From assembly GCA_043819495.1 (NCBI GenBank), contig JBDRET010000047.1, positions 20,065 to 84,064 of the forward strand: a DNA stretch of 64,000 nt, in the 5' to 3' direction. Below the pieces are notes generated by a model. The model was not told the origin of the DNA. It saw only the letters and a program-made list of their open reading frames with translations, and did not search any database. This DNA comes from Candidatus Woesearchaeota archaeon (GTDB lineage Archaea; Nanobdellota; Nanobdellia; Woesearchaeales; UBA11576). The position numbers and the translations under genes are program-made. Shown in pieces: positions 46,899-56,325 of the stretch (positions within the stretch are counted from its first letter, which is position 1; each line of letters opens with the position of its first letter).

Positions 46899-47057
46899 CG
46901 CCGCGGGGGGGACTTTCACTGGAAGTCACCATTGTAACCTTCTGTTTCGAACCCCCGTGCCCCGGAGGACACCGGATCATTGCGAACCATAGCTGGTATC
47001 TGAAGAACACAGAGTTCTTAGCAATCCGGCGCTATGGCCAGGCTAAGCGACCGCGGC
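46899..47057 (-). tRNA. tRNA-Ser(GCU) with two introns (canonical 47018-46978; T-loop 46945-46913)
   Basis: Minus strand. Acceptor GCCGCGG/CCGCGGC, discriminator G. D-arm GCU-UAGCCUGGCCAU-AGC. Anticodon stem CCGGA/UCCGG, loop UUGCUA..A. Long variable arm UGUCC-UCCG-GGGCAC. T-stem GGGGG/CCCCC, T-loop UUCGAA..U. The exons sum to 85 nt. Confidence 0.75.
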
Positions 47058-47159
47058 GCTTAAGCAAGTCATGTGAGAAAAAGGTGTATTTAAATTAGTT
47101 TTGTTTTGCTCTCTGATTGTTGAGCATGGTAGAATTTAGGTGTTCAGGATTCTCTCTGA

Positions 47160-47825
47160 TTAGCGTTTGTTGAAATATCCTTTTGGCGGGATGTATATCT
47201 TGCAGCCATTGCTGGACTCTGATATTGTGACTATCCGGGTTTTCTTGTCTGATGTGTGGTACGTATTTGGTAATCTCTTTGTTTCAGCGGTCTGAAACTG
47301 CCTGAGGAGTCCCATCTTGGTTACGCATACAAGAGCGTTTCTGTCGATTCCTTTTCCATAATATGCTTGTTCATAGATTATTCGCTTGCTCTCATATTCA
47401 GTTATCTTACCTGTCAGGTTGTGTAATGCAGCTATCAGCTCATCTCTTCTGACTGAGAATTCATTGTTGAAAGATACTCTTTCTGAAGATTCAAGGACTC
47501 TTTCGAGACCAGATGTCTGTAGGACTGCTATTTGGTCTGTTTCAGGTATGTGTATTCCTGAATGAGAGGTTATATCGACGGTTCTTCCGTCTTCATGCCT
47601 GTAAGTTGCATTTTCCCTCTTTAAAAGAGATAATACGCATTCATTGGTACTTTTTAATGATAAAGAAAGTTCAAGCATGATATCTCCGCGAGAAGAGGCA
47701 TATTCTGCGCCTTCAGCCAGATTTGACCTTGTCTTGTCTAGTTTCGTACTGATGAGATCTCCAATATCTTTGCAATATCTGCTCAAGAATGTGTTTCTAT
47801 CATCTCTTCCTATAGTTCTGGCCAA
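47160..47825 (-). CDS. Hypothetical protein (third gene of the unknown island)
   Basis: 221-aa ORF. No recognisable motif. Confidence 0.45.
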   Translation of the reverse strand: MARTIGRDDRNTFLSRYCKDIGDLISTKLDKTRSNLAEGAEYASSRGDIMLELSLSLKSTNECVLSLLKRENATYRHEDGRTVDITSHSGIHIPETDQIAVLQTSGLERVLESSERVSFNNEFSVRRDELIAALHNLTGKITEYESKRIIYEQAYYGKGIDRNALVCVTKMGLLRQFQTAETKRLPNTYHTSDKKTRIVTISESSNGCKIYIPPKGYFNKR

Positions 47826-47926
47826 TTCATATCTCCCCTATGGACTTGTTAAAAATAACCACTAATAAGTACTAAAAATAGAGAAGTCATCATATATAAA
47901 CGTTTTGTTTATGATGTATATACGTT

Positions 47927-48547
47927 TCAGGCTACAAGCCGGTTTTCTGCAAATTCCTTGGTCTCTGCAAGCCTCGCTTCTGTGCGTTTCTTGAACTTGT
48001 TGACATCGGATTTAAGCATCTGAAGGTTGTTCAGAAGGGTGTTTGCCAGGTATCCTGCAACATTGTGCTCAAAATCATCTGTGATATCATTCATCATGGC
48101 TTTAGCGCCTTTATTGTTCCATCCGGTATCCATCTTATTGACATATGATTTGATGAATCCTCTTACGTGGGAGATGGTTGTCATTGTGCTGTTGATTGCA
48201 TCTGCCATGTGCGGCTTGTCCTGGAAATGCTTCTCTTCCATCTGCAGTCCGATATATAGTACGCCAAGACCTTTGAAGACATTTTCTGTAAGAGAATTAT
48301 TCAGGTGTTTTCTTAATGAATCATCATTGAAGCAGTCTATGGCAAGTCTGGAACCCATTATGCTGTATGATTCCATGCATAGTTCGCATGCCTTCTTGAT
48401 ATAGACGTAGATCGTCTTCTGTTTTGCATTCGATGCCTTCTGTTCTATCTTCTTGAGCTCTTTCTCTTCTCTTTTGGCAAGATCTATGAGTTTAGATTCA
48501 TTGAACTGTACGCACCATTTAGCGACTTCGTTTCGTGGGTCTGACAT
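47927..48547 (-). CDS. Hypothetical helical protein, paralog 1
   Basis: 206 aa. Shares FN-x-xK and (A/V)CE(L/M)...Y...GS..A.D blocks with 48589..49179. Confidence 0.5.
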   Translation of the reverse strand: MSDPRNEVAKWCVQFNESKLIDLAKREEKELKKIEQKASNAKQKTIYVYIKKACELCMESYSIMGSRLAIDCFNDDSLRKHLNNSLTENVFKGLGVLYIGLQMEEKHFQDKPHMADAINSTMTTISHVRGFIKSYVNKMDTGWNNKGAKAMMNDITDDFEHNVAGYLANTLLNNLQMLKSDVNKFKKRTEARLAETKEFAENRLVA

Positions 48548-48588
48548 TTGTTCACCTCAGTTATTATGATCTATCTGATTTTTTTCAT

Positions 48589-49179
48589 TTATGCTGCTTT
48601 CAGGATCTCATTCATCGCACGGTCTTTTGCTTTCTCTACCTGCACTTTTATCGTCGGAGAACCCAGAGGGCTTACGACGGCCTTCTCTATGTATCTGTAC
48701 ACCCGTTCAAGGTGGCCGATCGCCTGTTGAGATATTGTATCTGCAGTGACTTTCGGGTTCTTGAGACCATCGGAAACATATGAGTCGATATGTTTTTGGA
48801 CTTCTTCTATTGCTGTCTTCATGCAAGACAATGCATTGACGACAGTCTTTGCATTAGCATTCCTTCGCTTATCAGACTCTATTGCTTCTTTGAAATGCTC
48901 AAGACTGAGCATGACTTCTCCTCTGAGCCTGTGGTCCAATTCTTTTATGACTGCCTCATCCATCCTGTCAAGTGCCTCTTTTGATCCTATGGTCTCATAT
49001 ACTGTGAATATCATCTCGCATACTTGGATGACCCTGTCTCTAAGGATTGCTGCCTGCATCTTCATCAGGTTGCTCTGTTCCTTGTTGAAGGCTTCTTCCT
49101 CATCCTGGATATTGCTGTGTATCTTGTTAGGATTGAACTCTTTGAGCATGTTCCTTATGATCTTTTCAGGACTTGCCAT
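48589..49179 (-). CDS. Hypothetical helical protein, paralog 2
   Basis: 196 aa. VIQVCEMIFTVYETIGSKEALDRMDE aligns with KKACELCMESYSIMGSRLAIDCFND in the neighbouring gene. Confidence 0.5.
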   Translation of the reverse strand: MASPEKIIRNMLKEFNPNKIHSNIQDEEEAFNKEQSNLMKMQAAILRDRVIQVCEMIFTVYETIGSKEALDRMDEAVIKELDHRLRGEVMLSLEHFKEAIESDKRRNANAKTVVNALSCMKTAIEEVQKHIDSYVSDGLKNPKVTADTISQQAIGHLERVYRYIEKAVVSPLGSPTIKVQVEKAKDRAMNEILKAA

Positions 49180-49328
49180 GTGATGTCACCTCTGTACTGT
49201 TAAAATTGGATTTTATGATGTTCCTAGGGGTTATTGTGCTTATAAAATTAACCTTTTGATATGAGTCATATTGATGATTTCAACACAACCTTTATATATA
49301 GTCCATTTCTCCTCAAAAACACTTACAG

Positions 49329-49441
49329 AGCGGGGTAGGGCAGCCAGGAGTGCCCGAAGGGCTCATAACGCAAAGGTTCCCTTTCCGGAACCTCCTGCGG
49401 AGGTAACCCTTAGGTCGATGGTTCAAATCCATCCCCCGCTA
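49329..49441 (+). tRNA. Initiator tRNA-Met(CAU) with a 38-nt canonical intron (49368-49405)
   Basis: A1:U72 acceptor AGCGGGG/CCCCGCT. D-arm GGGC-AGCCAGGAGT-GCCC. Anticodon stem AAGGG/CCCTT with three G:C pairs, loop CTCATA..A. T-arm GATGG TTCAAAT CCATC. Confidence 0.85.
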
Positions 49442-49468
49442 TTTTCCCTTCATCTCTATTGCGTCAAA

Positions 49469-51472
49469 ATGAAAAAGAGATACTTCATCTTCAGACTTGT
49501 TCTGTTGCTTGCACTACTTTTGATGTCAGCGCCTTTAGTTATGGCCACCTGGAATTTTCAGGCAGAGCACGTGACTGTTGATGTTGACGTATCATCAAGT
49601 GTCGATATCATGCGTGAGTCCGGTTCCAGGCTTGATTATGTGACTGCTAATGTCAGTTTCATTCCCAGGCAGGATGATCTTCAGTCGATTGTGACGATAT
49701 CTACAGAACCTGATTCAAAGAAGGTAGGAGAGGAGTACCTTTTCAGATGGGAAGCGCCAGTACCTTCAAGTGTCAGCTTCAAGATAAGCTCAAGGATAAG
49801 GACGACAAACCGGCTTTATGATATCCGCAAGATAGTATTCCCTTACTCAGGGTTTCCTGATGATGTGCTTGAGTATATCAAAGCCACCAAGACCATAGAT
49901 TCTGATGATCCTAAAGTGATCGCAAGAGCATCTGCACTTGCAGCAGGGAATGCGGATTATTACTCTGTCGTCTTCACTATGGCTGATTGGACCAAGGAGA
50001 ATGTGAAGTATGATCTTAGCACGCTGAATGTCAAGTCGACAAACAAGGCGAGTTGGGTATTGGCAAGGAAGGATGGTGTCTGCGATGAGTTGTCAACGCT
50101 CTTCATCGCACTTCTCCGCGCAGTGGGCATCCCTGCACGTTTTGTTGCAGGCATAGCATATACAGAGGCTCCGCAGTTCCCTGAGAATTGGGGCGCACAT
50201 GGCTGGTCAGAGGTGTATTTTCCAGGGACTGGTTGGGTCCCTTTTGACGTGACTTATGGTCAGTATGGTTATGTCGACCCTACGCACATAAAGCTCAAGC
50301 AGACTGCAGACAGTGCAGACCCGGATACCCGGTATGAATGGCTCGGCAAGGATGTGGAGATATCCGCAAACCCTCTTGTCGTCGATGCAGAGCTGGTGAA
50401 GTATGAGGGGAATATAGGTGATGTGTTCGATCTTGAGCTTGATGTCCTGCAGGATAGGGTGGGTATCAGTTCTTATAATCTGGTCGAAGCGACAGTGAAG
50501 AATGCAAGGAATAGCTATGCATCCACTTTCCTTTATCTTTCACGTATCAATGAGCTTGAGGTGGATGGCAACAACTACCGTGCGTTGATGCTCGGTCCTC
50601 TTGAGACAAAGAGGGTGTACTGGATAGTCAAGGTGATCGATAATCTGGACACTCATTACACGTACACATTTCCGATTACACTCTATGATACTATGAACAA
50701 TACTGCGTCAGCAGATTTCATGGTGCTCCCTGGAGCGACAGTATTCACGCATGATGAGTTCGAGACGATGGTGGATGCTGTAGAGAAAGAGGGGGATAAG
50801 GTATATTCCAAGAAGATAACGATAGAGTGCTCACAGAGGAAGGAGATGTATTATGTGTACGACGTACCTCAGGTGATATGCACTGCAAAGAATGAGGGGA
50901 ATTTCCCTTTCACAGGACTTAAGTTCTGTTTCACTGATGATTGCAAGACAGATGACCTCGGGATATCTCAGGCAAGATCTTTTGTCCATGATGTATCATC
51001 TCCAAAGCCTGGCGTGAACAAGATATCATTCAGTGTTGAAGGTAAAGATGTCTCAAAGTCAGCGTTTTTTGATCTTGATGTCCTTGATGAACCTGACCTC
51101 ATAGTATCTGATGTTGAATATCCTTCACAGATAGAGTTCAAGACTCCGTATGCTTTCTCTTTCGTGCTGAAGAAAGATTCTGCGTCACTGCCGCAGGAAG
51201 TGCATCTTGAGTTCAAAGTGATCGGCCTTGAGAAAGCGATAGAGATAGGAGAGATGGAGGGGGATAAGAAGTTCACGTTCAATCTGGATAGTGCTGACCT
51301 CTCATTGGATCCTAATATTTTCACTGTCTCAGTCAATTACAAGGACCTGAATGGAAAGCTTTACACGCTTGCAGAAGAGTTTGAGATTAGCCTTATCAAT
51401 GTCACTTTCGGTCAGCGGACAGTGATATTCCTGCATGACCTTGACAGGTGGCTGCGAAACCTATTTAAATAG
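49469..51472 (+). CDS. Secreted transglutaminase-like cysteine protease superfamily protein
   Basis: ORF track starts at 49271 but overlaps tRNA-iMet. ATG 49469 gives MKKRYFIFRLVLLLALLLMSAPLVMA. Core motifs DGVCDELSTLFIALLRAVGIPARFV, HGWSEVYF, PFD. Confidence 0.8.
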   Translation: MKKRYFIFRLVLLLALLLMSAPLVMATWNFQAEHVTVDVDVSSSVDIMRESGSRLDYVTANVSFIPRQDDLQSIVTISTEPDSKKVGEEYLFRWEAPVPSSVSFKISSRIRTTNRLYDIRKIVFPYSGFPDDVLEYIKATKTIDSDDPKVIARASALAAGNADYYSVVFTMADWTKENVKYDLSTLNVKSTNKASWVLARKDGVCDELSTLFIALLRAVGIPARFVAGIAYTEAPQFPENWGAHGWSEVYFPGTGWVPFDVTYGQYGYVDPTHIKLKQTADSADPDTRYEWLGKDVEISANPLVVDAELVKYEGNIGDVFDLELDVLQDRVGISSYNLVEATVKNARNSYASTFLYLSRINELEVDGNNYRALMLGPLETKRVYWIVKVIDNLDTHYTYTFPITLYDTMNNTASADFMVLPGATVFTHDEFETMVDAVEKEGDKVYSKKITIECSQRKEMYYVYDVPQVICTAKNEGNFPFTGLKFCFTDDCKTDDLGISQARSFVHDVSSPKPGVNKISFSVEGKDVSKSAFFDLDVLDEPDLIVSDVEYPSQIEFKTPYAFSFVLKKDSASLPQEVHLEFKVIGLEKAIEIGEMEGDKKFTFNLDSADLSLDPNIFTVSVNYKDLNGKLYTLAEEFEISLINVTFGQRTVIFLHDLDRWLRNLFK

Positions 51473-51492
51473 AGTTTACTGGTATAGGTCTT

Positions 51493-52173
51493 ATGATGAA
51501 AATGATGAGAACCCTGAGGATCATGAGAATTATATTCGGAATCATATCCGCGTTTGTCATTGTATCTGCAGTCCTGCTTATTGCGGGATGTTCACAGGGA
51601 ACACCTGAGCCTGGACCGCGTGCAAGCGCTCCTATGCCTTCAAGGGCAGAGATTGAGGCTTCAACATCCTGCTCAAGAGATGTTGACTGTATCTGTGGAG
51701 GGATTGATACATTCACAGGAAAATGTTTCCTTGGCAACAGGGGTTATCATGATAAATATGTGGATGATTCACAGGATTGTCCGGATTTCTGCACTGGAAT
51801 GAGCGGGAATCTTATTATGCGGTGTGTGAATAGTGAATGCATGCAGACATATGAGTGCCTGTCTGACTCTGACTGTGGTGTTGGAAAGAGGTGTAAAGGA
51901 AACAGTTGTGTCCTGTCTCTTCAGGTATCTGAATGTAAGACCGATGCTGATTGCACAAGGTCAGGCTGTTCAGGGAATCTTTGCACTGCATCATCCGGAA
52001 AAGATGATGGTATCGCAACGACCTGCGAATTCCTTCCTGAGTATGAATGTCTCAGCATGGTTAGTTGCGGCTGTGATGATGGTTCGTGCGGCTGGAGCTC
52101 TTCACCTGACTATGAGCGGTGTGTCGCAGATGCCCGGGAGAGCATGCTCCCTCCTCCAGACTTGCGTAATTGA
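51493..52173 (+). CDS. Cys-rich secreted lipoprotein-like protein
   Basis: 226 aa. LLIAGCSQG lipobox-like motif. Repeated C-x-(S/T)D-x-DC modules (CLSDSDCGVGKRC, CKTDADCTRSGC). Confidence 0.6.
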   Translation: MMKMMRTLRIMRIIFGIISAFVIVSAVLLIAGCSQGTPEPGPRASAPMPSRAEIEASTSCSRDVDCICGGIDTFTGKCFLGNRGYHDKYVDDSQDCPDFCTGMSGNLIMRCVNSECMQTYECLSDSDCGVGKRCKGNSCVLSLQVSECKTDADCTRSGCSGNLCTASSGKDDGIATTCEFLPEYECLSMVSCGCDDGSCGWSSSPDYERCVADARESMLPPPDLRN

Positions 52174-52300
52174 GATGATTGTTTGATTGTTAAAACGTGG
52201 TGCATACCTCGGTCTTCAGGCCGATTCGATACCGCGTTTTAACACCAACATGCCGCGTCCTTTAGGGCGCGGTTGTTGATTGTGATGATTGTTTGATTGT
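52174..52300. repeat. 93-bp two-hairpin insert flanked by 17-nt direct repeats GATGATTGTTTGATTGT
   Basis: DR copies at 52174-52190 and 52284-52300 (20-mer with one mismatch if three more nt are included). Hairpins GTTAAAACG/CGTTTTAAC (52189-52243) and 52246-52278 (about 13 bp, loop TTTA). Confidence 0.7.
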
Positions 52301-52377
52301 GACTGTTGTTTGATCAAGAGCAGTTTATGATTATATTGATGACACAAGATATATGAATTATACATGAGGTTTTAGAT

Positions 52378-54255
52378 ATGGTAGATGATAAGGTAGTTGA
52401 TAAAAATGATGGCGTTAAGAAGTTTGAGATTGTTGTTCCGGATACATCTGTGGTAATAGAGGGTCTTCTCTCAAGGAGGATACAGAGCAAGGAGATTGTG
52501 ATTGAGAAGGTCCTTATCCATGAGGCTGTGCTTGCAGAGCTTGAGCACCAGGCCAATCAGAACAAGTCTATCGGTTATATCGGTCTTGATGAGCTTGACC
52601 GTCTGAGGAAACTCTCATCATCGCACGGGTTTGTGATGGAGTTCTCTGGTAAGCGTCCTAGTGCTCAGGAGATAAATCATGCAAAGCTTGGTGAGATAGA
52701 TGCATTGATACGCGCTCTTGCTTATGAGAACGGGGCTACATTGATCACTAATGATGATGTGCAGTCAAGGATAGCGAAGGTGACAGGCATCTCGACGCTT
52801 CTTCTGGATGTCAGCATGATAAAGAATACGCTGATCCTTGAGTCTTTCTTTGATGAGACCACCATGAGTGTGCACTTGAGGGAGAATGTCGAGCCTTTCG
52901 CAAAGAAAGGCCGTCCTGGCACGTGGGATTTTGTGAAGCTGCGTACCAAGCTTCTCACGCGAGAGGAAGTGAGAGGGATATCTGACGAATTGATCGAAGA
53001 GGCAGGTGTCCGTAAGGACTGTTTCGTCGAGATAGAACGTACAGGGTCTACAATCCTCCAGATTGAGAACTATCGTATTGTCATAACCCGTCCTCCATTC
53101 TCTGATGGATGGGAGATCACTGCAGTAAGGCCAGTCAAGAAGCTTGACCTTCCTGACTATAAGCTTCCTGAGAAAGTGATGGAGCGTATCGGTCTTCAGG
53201 CAGAAGGGATGCTTATCGCAGGAGCTCCGGGCCATGGTAAGACTACTTTTGCACAGGCATTAGCAGAGCATTACGCTTCGCAAGAGAAGATAGTCAAGAC
53301 CGTCGAGGCACCAAGGGACCTACAGCTGCCTGATACTATAACTCAGTATTCGATATCTCATGGTTCGCCGCAGGAGATACATGATGTCCTCCTGCTCAGC
53401 AGGCCTGATTATACTATCTTCGACGAGATGAGGAATACTGAAGATTTCCGTCTTTTCGCTGACATGAGATTGTCTGGTGTCGGCATGGTGGGAGTCATGC
53501 ACGCGACAAATGCTATCGACGCGATACAGCGGTTCATAGGAAGGATCGAGCTCGGTACTATCCCGCAGGTCATCGACACTGTCTTGTTTGTCAAGAATGG
53601 TGCGATCGCAAAGATATTCAGCGTGCGCATGGAAGTCAAGGTCCCTTCAGGGATGACTGAGGCAGATCTTGCCCGTCCTATAGTGACTGTCTACGATTTC
53701 CAGAGCAACAAGCTTGAGTTTGAGATATATTCTTATGGTGAGGAGACTGTTGTTGTCCCAGTAAGTGATGCTGCAGGCACTAGTTCACTCTCTCCGCTCA
53801 AGGCGCTTGCCAAGGTTGAGGTAGAGCACGTGTTCACTAAGTATGCTGATGTGGTGATTGTCGATTTCCCTTCAGAGCATGAGTGCACCGTCAAGGTACC
53901 TGAGCATTCGATAGCTTCCATAATCGGTAAGCAGGGTAGCAACATAGACAAGCTGCAGAAGCTTCTTGGCATACACATAAATGTCCAGCCATTGGAAGGT
54001 AATGAGCTGCGTCAGGCAAACAAGCCTTCAGGAGAGTTGGTTCCTTACGAAGTTGACATGAAGAAGAATGCATTCGAGATTTTCGTGGATTCATCTTACT
54101 CCAACAGGGAGCTTGAGGTCTATGTGGGTGATGAGTTCCTTGTCCAGCTCCATGTCGGGAAGAATGCTTCGGTCAAGATAAAGAAAGACAACAATGTCGG
54201 AAAGACCATACTCAACGCGATGAAGCGCGGCGGCGACCTCAGGATATATGGTTGA
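52378..54255 (+). CDS. PIN domain - PilT-like ATPase - KH domain protein
   Basis: 625 aa. N-terminal PIN (IVVPDTSVVIEG...ITNDD), AGAPGHGKTTFAQALA Walker A, C-terminal KH (IASIIGKQGSNIDKLQKLLG). Confidence 0.8.
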   Translation: MVDDKVVDKNDGVKKFEIVVPDTSVVIEGLLSRRIQSKEIVIEKVLIHEAVLAELEHQANQNKSIGYIGLDELDRLRKLSSSHGFVMEFSGKRPSAQEINHAKLGEIDALIRALAYENGATLITNDDVQSRIAKVTGISTLLLDVSMIKNTLILESFFDETTMSVHLRENVEPFAKKGRPGTWDFVKLRTKLLTREEVRGISDELIEEAGVRKDCFVEIERTGSTILQIENYRIVITRPPFSDGWEITAVRPVKKLDLPDYKLPEKVMERIGLQAEGMLIAGAPGHGKTTFAQALAEHYASQEKIVKTVEAPRDLQLPDTITQYSISHGSPQEIHDVLLLSRPDYTIFDEMRNTEDFRLFADMRLSGVGMVGVMHATNAIDAIQRFIGRIELGTIPQVIDTVLFVKNGAIAKIFSVRMEVKVPSGMTEADLARPIVTVYDFQSNKLEFEIYSYGEETVVVPVSDAAGTSSLSPLKALAKVEVEHVFTKYADVVIVDFPSEHECTVKVPEHSIASIIGKQGSNIDKLQKLLGIHINVQPLEGNELRQANKPSGELVPYEVDMKKNAFEIFVDSSYSNRELEVYVGDEFLVQLHVGKNASVKIKKDNNVGKTILNAMKRGGDLRIYG

Positions 54256-54351
54256 ACAGGTGGATGTGAGCAAGGTAAGTTTTAAATAAATGATATGCGG
54301 ATATGAGGATACGATAGATGTGTCCATTAAAGATGAGATAAAGGTGTTCAT

Positions 54352-55629
54352 ATGCTCGACATAAGATTCATACGGGAGAATCCTGACAAGGTCAAGGACA
54401 ACATGGACAAGAAGTTCATGGAAGATAAGCACGGGCTTGTAGATGACCTTCTTGTCAGGGATGAGAAGTACCGAAAGTTCCTGCAGGAAGTAGAGAAGCT
54501 GCGTCATGACAGGAATGAGGTCACTGCTAAGATAAGTGAGACCAAGAAAGCTGGCGGTGACATAAAGCCTCTTCTTGATCAGGCAAAAGAGATACCTCAG
54601 AAGATCAAGGAGATAGATGATAAGCTTGCATCACTCAAGGTAGAGATGTTCGAACTGCAGAAGAAGATACCTAATATCCTCCACGAGTCTGTGCCGATAG
54701 GAAAAGACTCTTCTGAGAATGTTGAGATAAAGAAATATGGTGATCCTGTAATCAAGGATTTTGAAGTCAAGAGCCATGTCGATATATGTGAGTCCCTAGG
54801 CATTGCAGACTTTGATGCAGCTTCAAGGGTAGCGGGCAATGGTTTCTTCTACCTGATGGGTGATCTTGCATTGCTGAATCAGGCACTGCTCAGGTTCGGT
54901 ATGGATTTCATGATGCGGAAAGGGTATGTCTTTGTAGAGCCTCCTCTCATGGTGAGGCGGGCTGTCATCGACGGTGTTGTCGATCTCAATTTCTTCGCTG
55001 AGATGGTGTATAAGATAGAAGGAGAGGATCTTTATCTCATCGCGACTTCGGAGCATCCTCTTGTGGGCATGTTCATAGATCAGGTCATAGACGAGAAGAA
55101 GCTGCCTATAAAGATGTGCGGTCTTTCGCAGTGTTTCAGGAAAGAGATCGGTGCGCATGGCATAGATGAGAAAGGAGTCTACAGGACACACCAGTTCAAC
55201 AAGGTCGAGCAGGTCATCATATGCAAGCCAGGTGAGTCTTACAAGTATTATGATGAGCTCCAGACAAATTCTGTAGAGCTTTTCAAGGAGTTAGGATTGC
55301 CGACCAGGGTGTTTGAGTCCTGCTCTGGGGATCTTGGCGACCTTAAGGCGAAGGGTGCAGATCTTGAGGCATGGTCGCCGAGGAAACAGGAGTATTTCGA
55401 GGTAGGATCAGTATCTAACTTGACTGATGCACAATCGCGCCGCTTGAACATGAAGGTCGACAATGGTGCTGAGCGTTATTTCCCTCATACTCTGAACAAT
55501 ACTGCTCTTGCGACTTCACGCACTATGGTTGCGATACTTGAGAATTATCAGAACGCTGATGGTTCGATAACCATACCTGAAGTCTTGAGCCCTTATATGA
55601 ATAATATGGATAAGATGCGTCCTAGATGA
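54352..55629 (+). CDS. serS: Seryl-tRNA synthetase
   Basis: 425 aa. N-terminal coiled-coil arm, TSEHP, CFRKEIGAHGIDEKGVYRTHQFNKVE, NNTALATSR. Confidence 0.92.
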   Translation: MLDIRFIRENPDKVKDNMDKKFMEDKHGLVDDLLVRDEKYRKFLQEVEKLRHDRNEVTAKISETKKAGGDIKPLLDQAKEIPQKIKEIDDKLASLKVEMFELQKKIPNILHESVPIGKDSSENVEIKKYGDPVIKDFEVKSHVDICESLGIADFDAASRVAGNGFFYLMGDLALLNQALLRFGMDFMMRKGYVFVEPPLMVRRAVIDGVVDLNFFAEMVYKIEGEDLYLIATSEHPLVGMFIDQVIDEKKLPIKMCGLSQCFRKEIGAHGIDEKGVYRTHQFNKVEQVIICKPGESYKYYDELQTNSVELFKELGLPTRVFESCSGDLGDLKAKGADLEAWSPRKQEYFEVGSVSNLTDAQSRRLNMKVDNGAERYFPHTLNNTALATSRTMVAILENYQNADGSITIPEVLSPYMNNMDKMRPR

Positions 55630-55674
55630 TCTGTTGCTGTCTTTGATGTCTGGATTGTATCTGGAAGGAATAAT

Positions 55675-56118
55675 ATGTCTGGAAAGAAGATCCCTGGCGC
55701 TGTATGGGTGATTGTCGGAGGCGCGATGGTGCTGATGTCAGTATTCATCGACCCTGAGAAGCTTGCATTCTTCATATTTGTAGGAGCAATATTCATAGTG
55801 GTCGGTTTCTTCAAGATATTGATGGGGGATCTTCGCAAGGATAAGGATAGGGAAAGGTCCATTGCGCATCCGCATCACGAGAAAGTTCATGATAAGCATC
55901 ATGCGCAGGCACATCATCACAATGCAGCGCACCATCCTGCACATCATGCATCACATGCTGCAGCGCATCACTCTGCACAGCATACCACTCACACTGATTC
56001 TCACCAGACGACACATCATCCTGCACAACACAATCAGGTCGCGTTCTGTTCTGGCTGTGGTGTCAAGCTGCATTCCATGTTCAGGTTCTGTCCTAACTGC
56101 GGTCAGAAGCTTAAGTGA
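55675..56118 (+). CDS. Membrane protein with His-rich region and C-terminal zinc ribbon
   Basis: 147 aa. Two TM helices, an HHxxAHH repeat run, CSGCGVKLHSMFRFCPNCGQKL. Confidence 0.6.
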   Translation: MSGKKIPGAVWVIVGGAMVLMSVFIDPEKLAFFIFVGAIFIVVGFFKILMGDLRKDKDRERSIAHPHHEKVHDKHHAQAHHHNAAHHPAHHASHAAAHHSAQHTTHTDSHQTTHHPAQHNQVAFCSGCGVKLHSMFRFCPNCGQKLK

Positions 56119-56150
56119 TATCTGATCTGATTGGCATTTTATTCTTATTT

Positions 56151-56325
56151 GTTTAGCTATTTCTGGCAGTGCCGCCGCTCATAGCGTTGGTAGAGTCAAG
56201 ATGCGAAGACCGGGGCGTAGCCATATTGACAACTGATTTGCTTTAGCTACTGTAAGACTGATTGCACATGATTCCCGGTACGCACACATAGCAGCGCGGC
56301 ACTGCTGGAGCGTATAGAGCTAAAC
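56151..56325 (+). ncRNA. tRNA-like structured RNA, family copy D (larger; flanked by 12-nt direct repeats)
   Basis: Outer helix GTTTAGCT/AGCTAAAC. 13-bp inner helix CTGGCAGTGCCGC/GCGGCACTGCTGG. CTCATAGCGTTGGTAGAG is a D-arm-like block. CCGGG...ATTCCCGG is a T-arm-like remnant. The upstream CATTTTATTCTTATTTGTTTAGCT resembles the copy B leader. DR TCTGATTGGCAT at 56126-56137 and 56338-56349. Confidence 0.45.

Noticed and set aside
46885-47070. RNase P RNA or SRP RNA candidate. The GC-rich block has a GCGCCGCGG/CCGCGGCGC terminal helix, GUGAAAGUCC and ACAGAA strings on the minus strand and UGUAAC on the plus strand. ORF 46820..47098 also lies here.
   Set aside because: The motif order is reversed relative to RNase P (ACAGAA precedes GAAAGUCC), and no SRP helix-8 motif is present. 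The whole block is fully explained as tRNA-Ser(GCU) with two introns. The 92-aa ORF has no coding character.
49271-49468. Upstream extension of the transglutaminase-like ORF.
   Set aside because: It runs through the initiator tRNA gene. ATG 49469 yields a textbook signal peptide.
52189-52283. A tRNA-Phe-like reading of the 93-bp insert, from CUGAAGA on the minus strand.
   Set aside because: The flanking bases give only a 4-bp stem with an 8-nt loop, and no acceptor, D-arm or T-arm can be built.
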